NCBI GenBank assembly: GCA_965246715.1
Contig: CBDFFH010000002.1
Location: 1-64,000, forward strand
DNA from: Chamaesiphon sp.
Lineage (GTDB): Bacteria > Cyanobacteriota > Cyanobacteriia > Cyanobacteriales > Chamaesiphonaceae
Reading direction: 5' to 3'
Length of the DNA stretch: 64,000 nucleotides
The position numbers were made by a program, and so were the translations under genes. The notes under the pieces are model-generated. The model ran no database searches, was not told where the DNA came from, and saw only the letters and a program-made list of their open reading frames with translations. Shown in pieces: positions 62,325 to 64,000 of this stretch; the stretch's first letter is position 1; every line of letters begins with the position of its first letter.

Positions 62325-63380
62325 ATGCCTGTAAATGTTGACACCATAACAGAGATTCTTGAATACCGACTCAACCAAGCTTTGCCCGACTGCGGGATTT
62401 CAGTCAAGTTTGTTGCACCGACGTTGAAGATCCGCACGACTCTAGCTCAGCCAACCGATCTCGAAATTCGATCGATCGTTCGAGCTTTGCAAATTTGCCG
62501 CGATAATCTCTCTGAGCTGACGATTCAAACCGTTACGATCTATGGATTGCGCGATAATCGGGTCGTGCTATGGAAAAAATCTTTTCCGATAGCGCGAGTA
62601 CTTGCAGAAGAGCGCAAGAGCGAGCATGATTCCGATTTATTTTCGTTTGAGAATCAGTATGTCAATCGCTTTGCTGTGCCGATCGCTTTTTTATTTAGCG
62701 CAATCTTGTACTGGAGCAAATTAGATCTACTGTTGTTGGGAATGCGGATTTGGATTCATGAGATCGGACATGCAGTGGTGGCATGGTTTTCGGGCCGCAG
62801 AGCAACACCGTTACCTTTTGGCTGGACGAATGTTAGTCTCGATCGCTCGCCGATCGTCTATATTTGTTTTCTAGGATTGTGGGGACTGCTATTTTATAGC
62901 GGATGGAAGGAGCGCAAACGTTGGACAATGGGAATTGCAGTTGTTGCAACACTCGTACAATTTGGGATGACGTGGTATCTGTCCCAAGACGCGTTTGAAA
63001 TGTGGTTTGCGTTTGGGGGTGTCGGTGGGGAATTTTATGTCAGTACGTTGCTAGTAGTTGGCTTTTATCTGCCGTTACCCGATCGCTGGCATTGGGGATT
63101 TTGGCGCTATCCAGCATTATTGATGGGTGCTAGTACCTTTTTTAATGCGTTGAGTTTTTGGCATCAAGTGAAACGGGGCACTGCGGCCATCCCGTGGGGG
63201 ACAATGTTAAATGGATCGGGAGATGCTGGTGGCGATATGAATCAGCTCCACGATTTCGGTTGGAGCGATGGGCAGATCGTGAATACTTATATCGCGATCG
63301 GCCAGTTGTGTTTGTGGGTGACGATCGGGATTTATGTAGTGCGGGCGATCTCTTCGCACCGTAAAGGTTTGAATCTATAA
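62325..63380 (+). CDS. Membrane protein with M50-like HExGH motif
   Basis: IWIHEIGHA in hydrophobic context; multiple TMs; GGDM. Confidence 0.7.
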   Translation: MPVNVDTITEILEYRLNQALPDCGISVKFVAPTLKIRTTLAQPTDLEIRSIVRALQICRDNLSELTIQTVTIYGLRDNRVVLWKKSFPIARVLAEERKSEHDSDLFSFENQYVNRFAVPIAFLFSAILYWSKLDLLLLGMRIWIHEIGHAVVAWFSGRRATPLPFGWTNVSLDRSPIVYICFLGLWGLLFYSGWKERKRWTMGIAVVATLVQFGMTWYLSQDAFEMWFAFGGVGGEFYVSTLLVVGFYLPLPDRWHWGFWRYPALLMGASTFFNALSFWHQVKRGTAAIPWGTMLNGSGDAGGDMNQLHDFGWSDGQIVNTYIAIGQLCLWVTIGIYVVRAISSHRKGLNL

Positions 63381-63436
63381 ATTAATTCCCAATCGCGGAT
63401 TGAGAGCGCCACAGATTCGGCGATCGATCTTATTTT

Positions 63437-64000
63437 TTAAGATTGAATTAAGAGATCGATGCGATCGAATGCATGATTGACTTGATGCCACAATTGTTGA
63501 TTGTGGGGGTCGGCTTTGAGTGCCTTTTTTAGATAAATCCGCGCTTTATTTAAGTCGCGCCGATCGATTAATTGATAGCCATATTGAGAGTAGATAATTC
63601 CTTGCCATTGACAAACTTGTTTGTCTGCGGGCGAATGGCGCGCCAATCCTTCGATGAGGACGATCGCTTTAAGATATTGTTGCTGACGCAATAACGTCCC
63701 AATCTCCCCATATAATTGCCACTTTAATTCAGACTCACCCGACTGGGGAGTCTGCGGTTCTGGCTGGGGAGCTGGACGAGAGACATTCTTGACGGTAGCT
63801 TGTGGCGCTGTCGATCGATCGGTTACGGTGGGCGAAGGTAAAGACGAACGCGAACCAAGATTATTTAGTAAAGTTTGATAAGCCTGACTGAGTGTGATAA
63901 ATCGTTGATGTGCTTCGGTATCGTCAGGATTGAGATCGGGATGCCATTTGCGCGCTAACAAACGGTAAGCAGTTTTTAGCTCGTCGAGCGATGCTTCGCG
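63437..64000 (-). CDS. DnaJ-domain/TPR protein (5' end outside window)
   Basis: LK.AYR.LARKWHPDLNP J-domain; C-terminal TPR-like helix. Confidence 0.85.
   Translation of the reverse strand, partial: REASLDELKTAYRLLARKWHPDLNPDDTEAHQRFITLSQAYQTLLNNLGSRSSLPSPTVTDRSTAPQATVKNVSRPAPQPEPQTPQSGESELKWQLYGEIGTLLRQQQYLKAIVLIEGLARHSPADKQVCQWQGIIYSQYGYQLIDRRDLNKARIYLKKALKADPHNQQLWHQVNHAFDRIDLLIQS

Noticed and set aside
1..64000. Extreme GCGATCGC/CGATCG abundance
   Set aside because: Well-known cyanobacterial HIP1; not novel

Overview
Cyanobacterial chromosomal window (very dense HIP1 GCGATCGC/CGATCG sites and heptamer STRRs; the style resembles Chamaesiphon, which is inference only). 1-19 kb is a Wzx/Wzy exopolysaccharide cluster containing a CDP-deoxy/C-methyl sugar cassette. 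It is followed by thrC-like/moaD with a perfect IscR-type operator, a GHL10 protein and fur. 23.9-28.5 kb is a nested group II intron structure: an ML/IIA-type intron sits inside catalytic domain V of a CL/IIB-type intron, its candidate EBS1 matches the domain V consensus, and both the two domain V halves and the two flanking exons come from different loci. 29-33 kb is an accessory patch with a HigBA-like TA pair and a large metalloprotease/Ig-PKD ORF that carries a complete pentapeptide-repeat gene on its opposite strand, codon-to-codon. The rest is mostly core genes (GH15/phosphorylase kinase-like, hli, sps-like, tRNA-Gln, pit, tlyC-like, divergent emrA/emrB-like, gyrB plus a diverged ATPase-only gyrB paralog, miaA). 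Several small mobile repeat families are scattered throughout: a 133-bp MITE with 8-bp TSDs, GTAG REPs and a 50-bp structured element.
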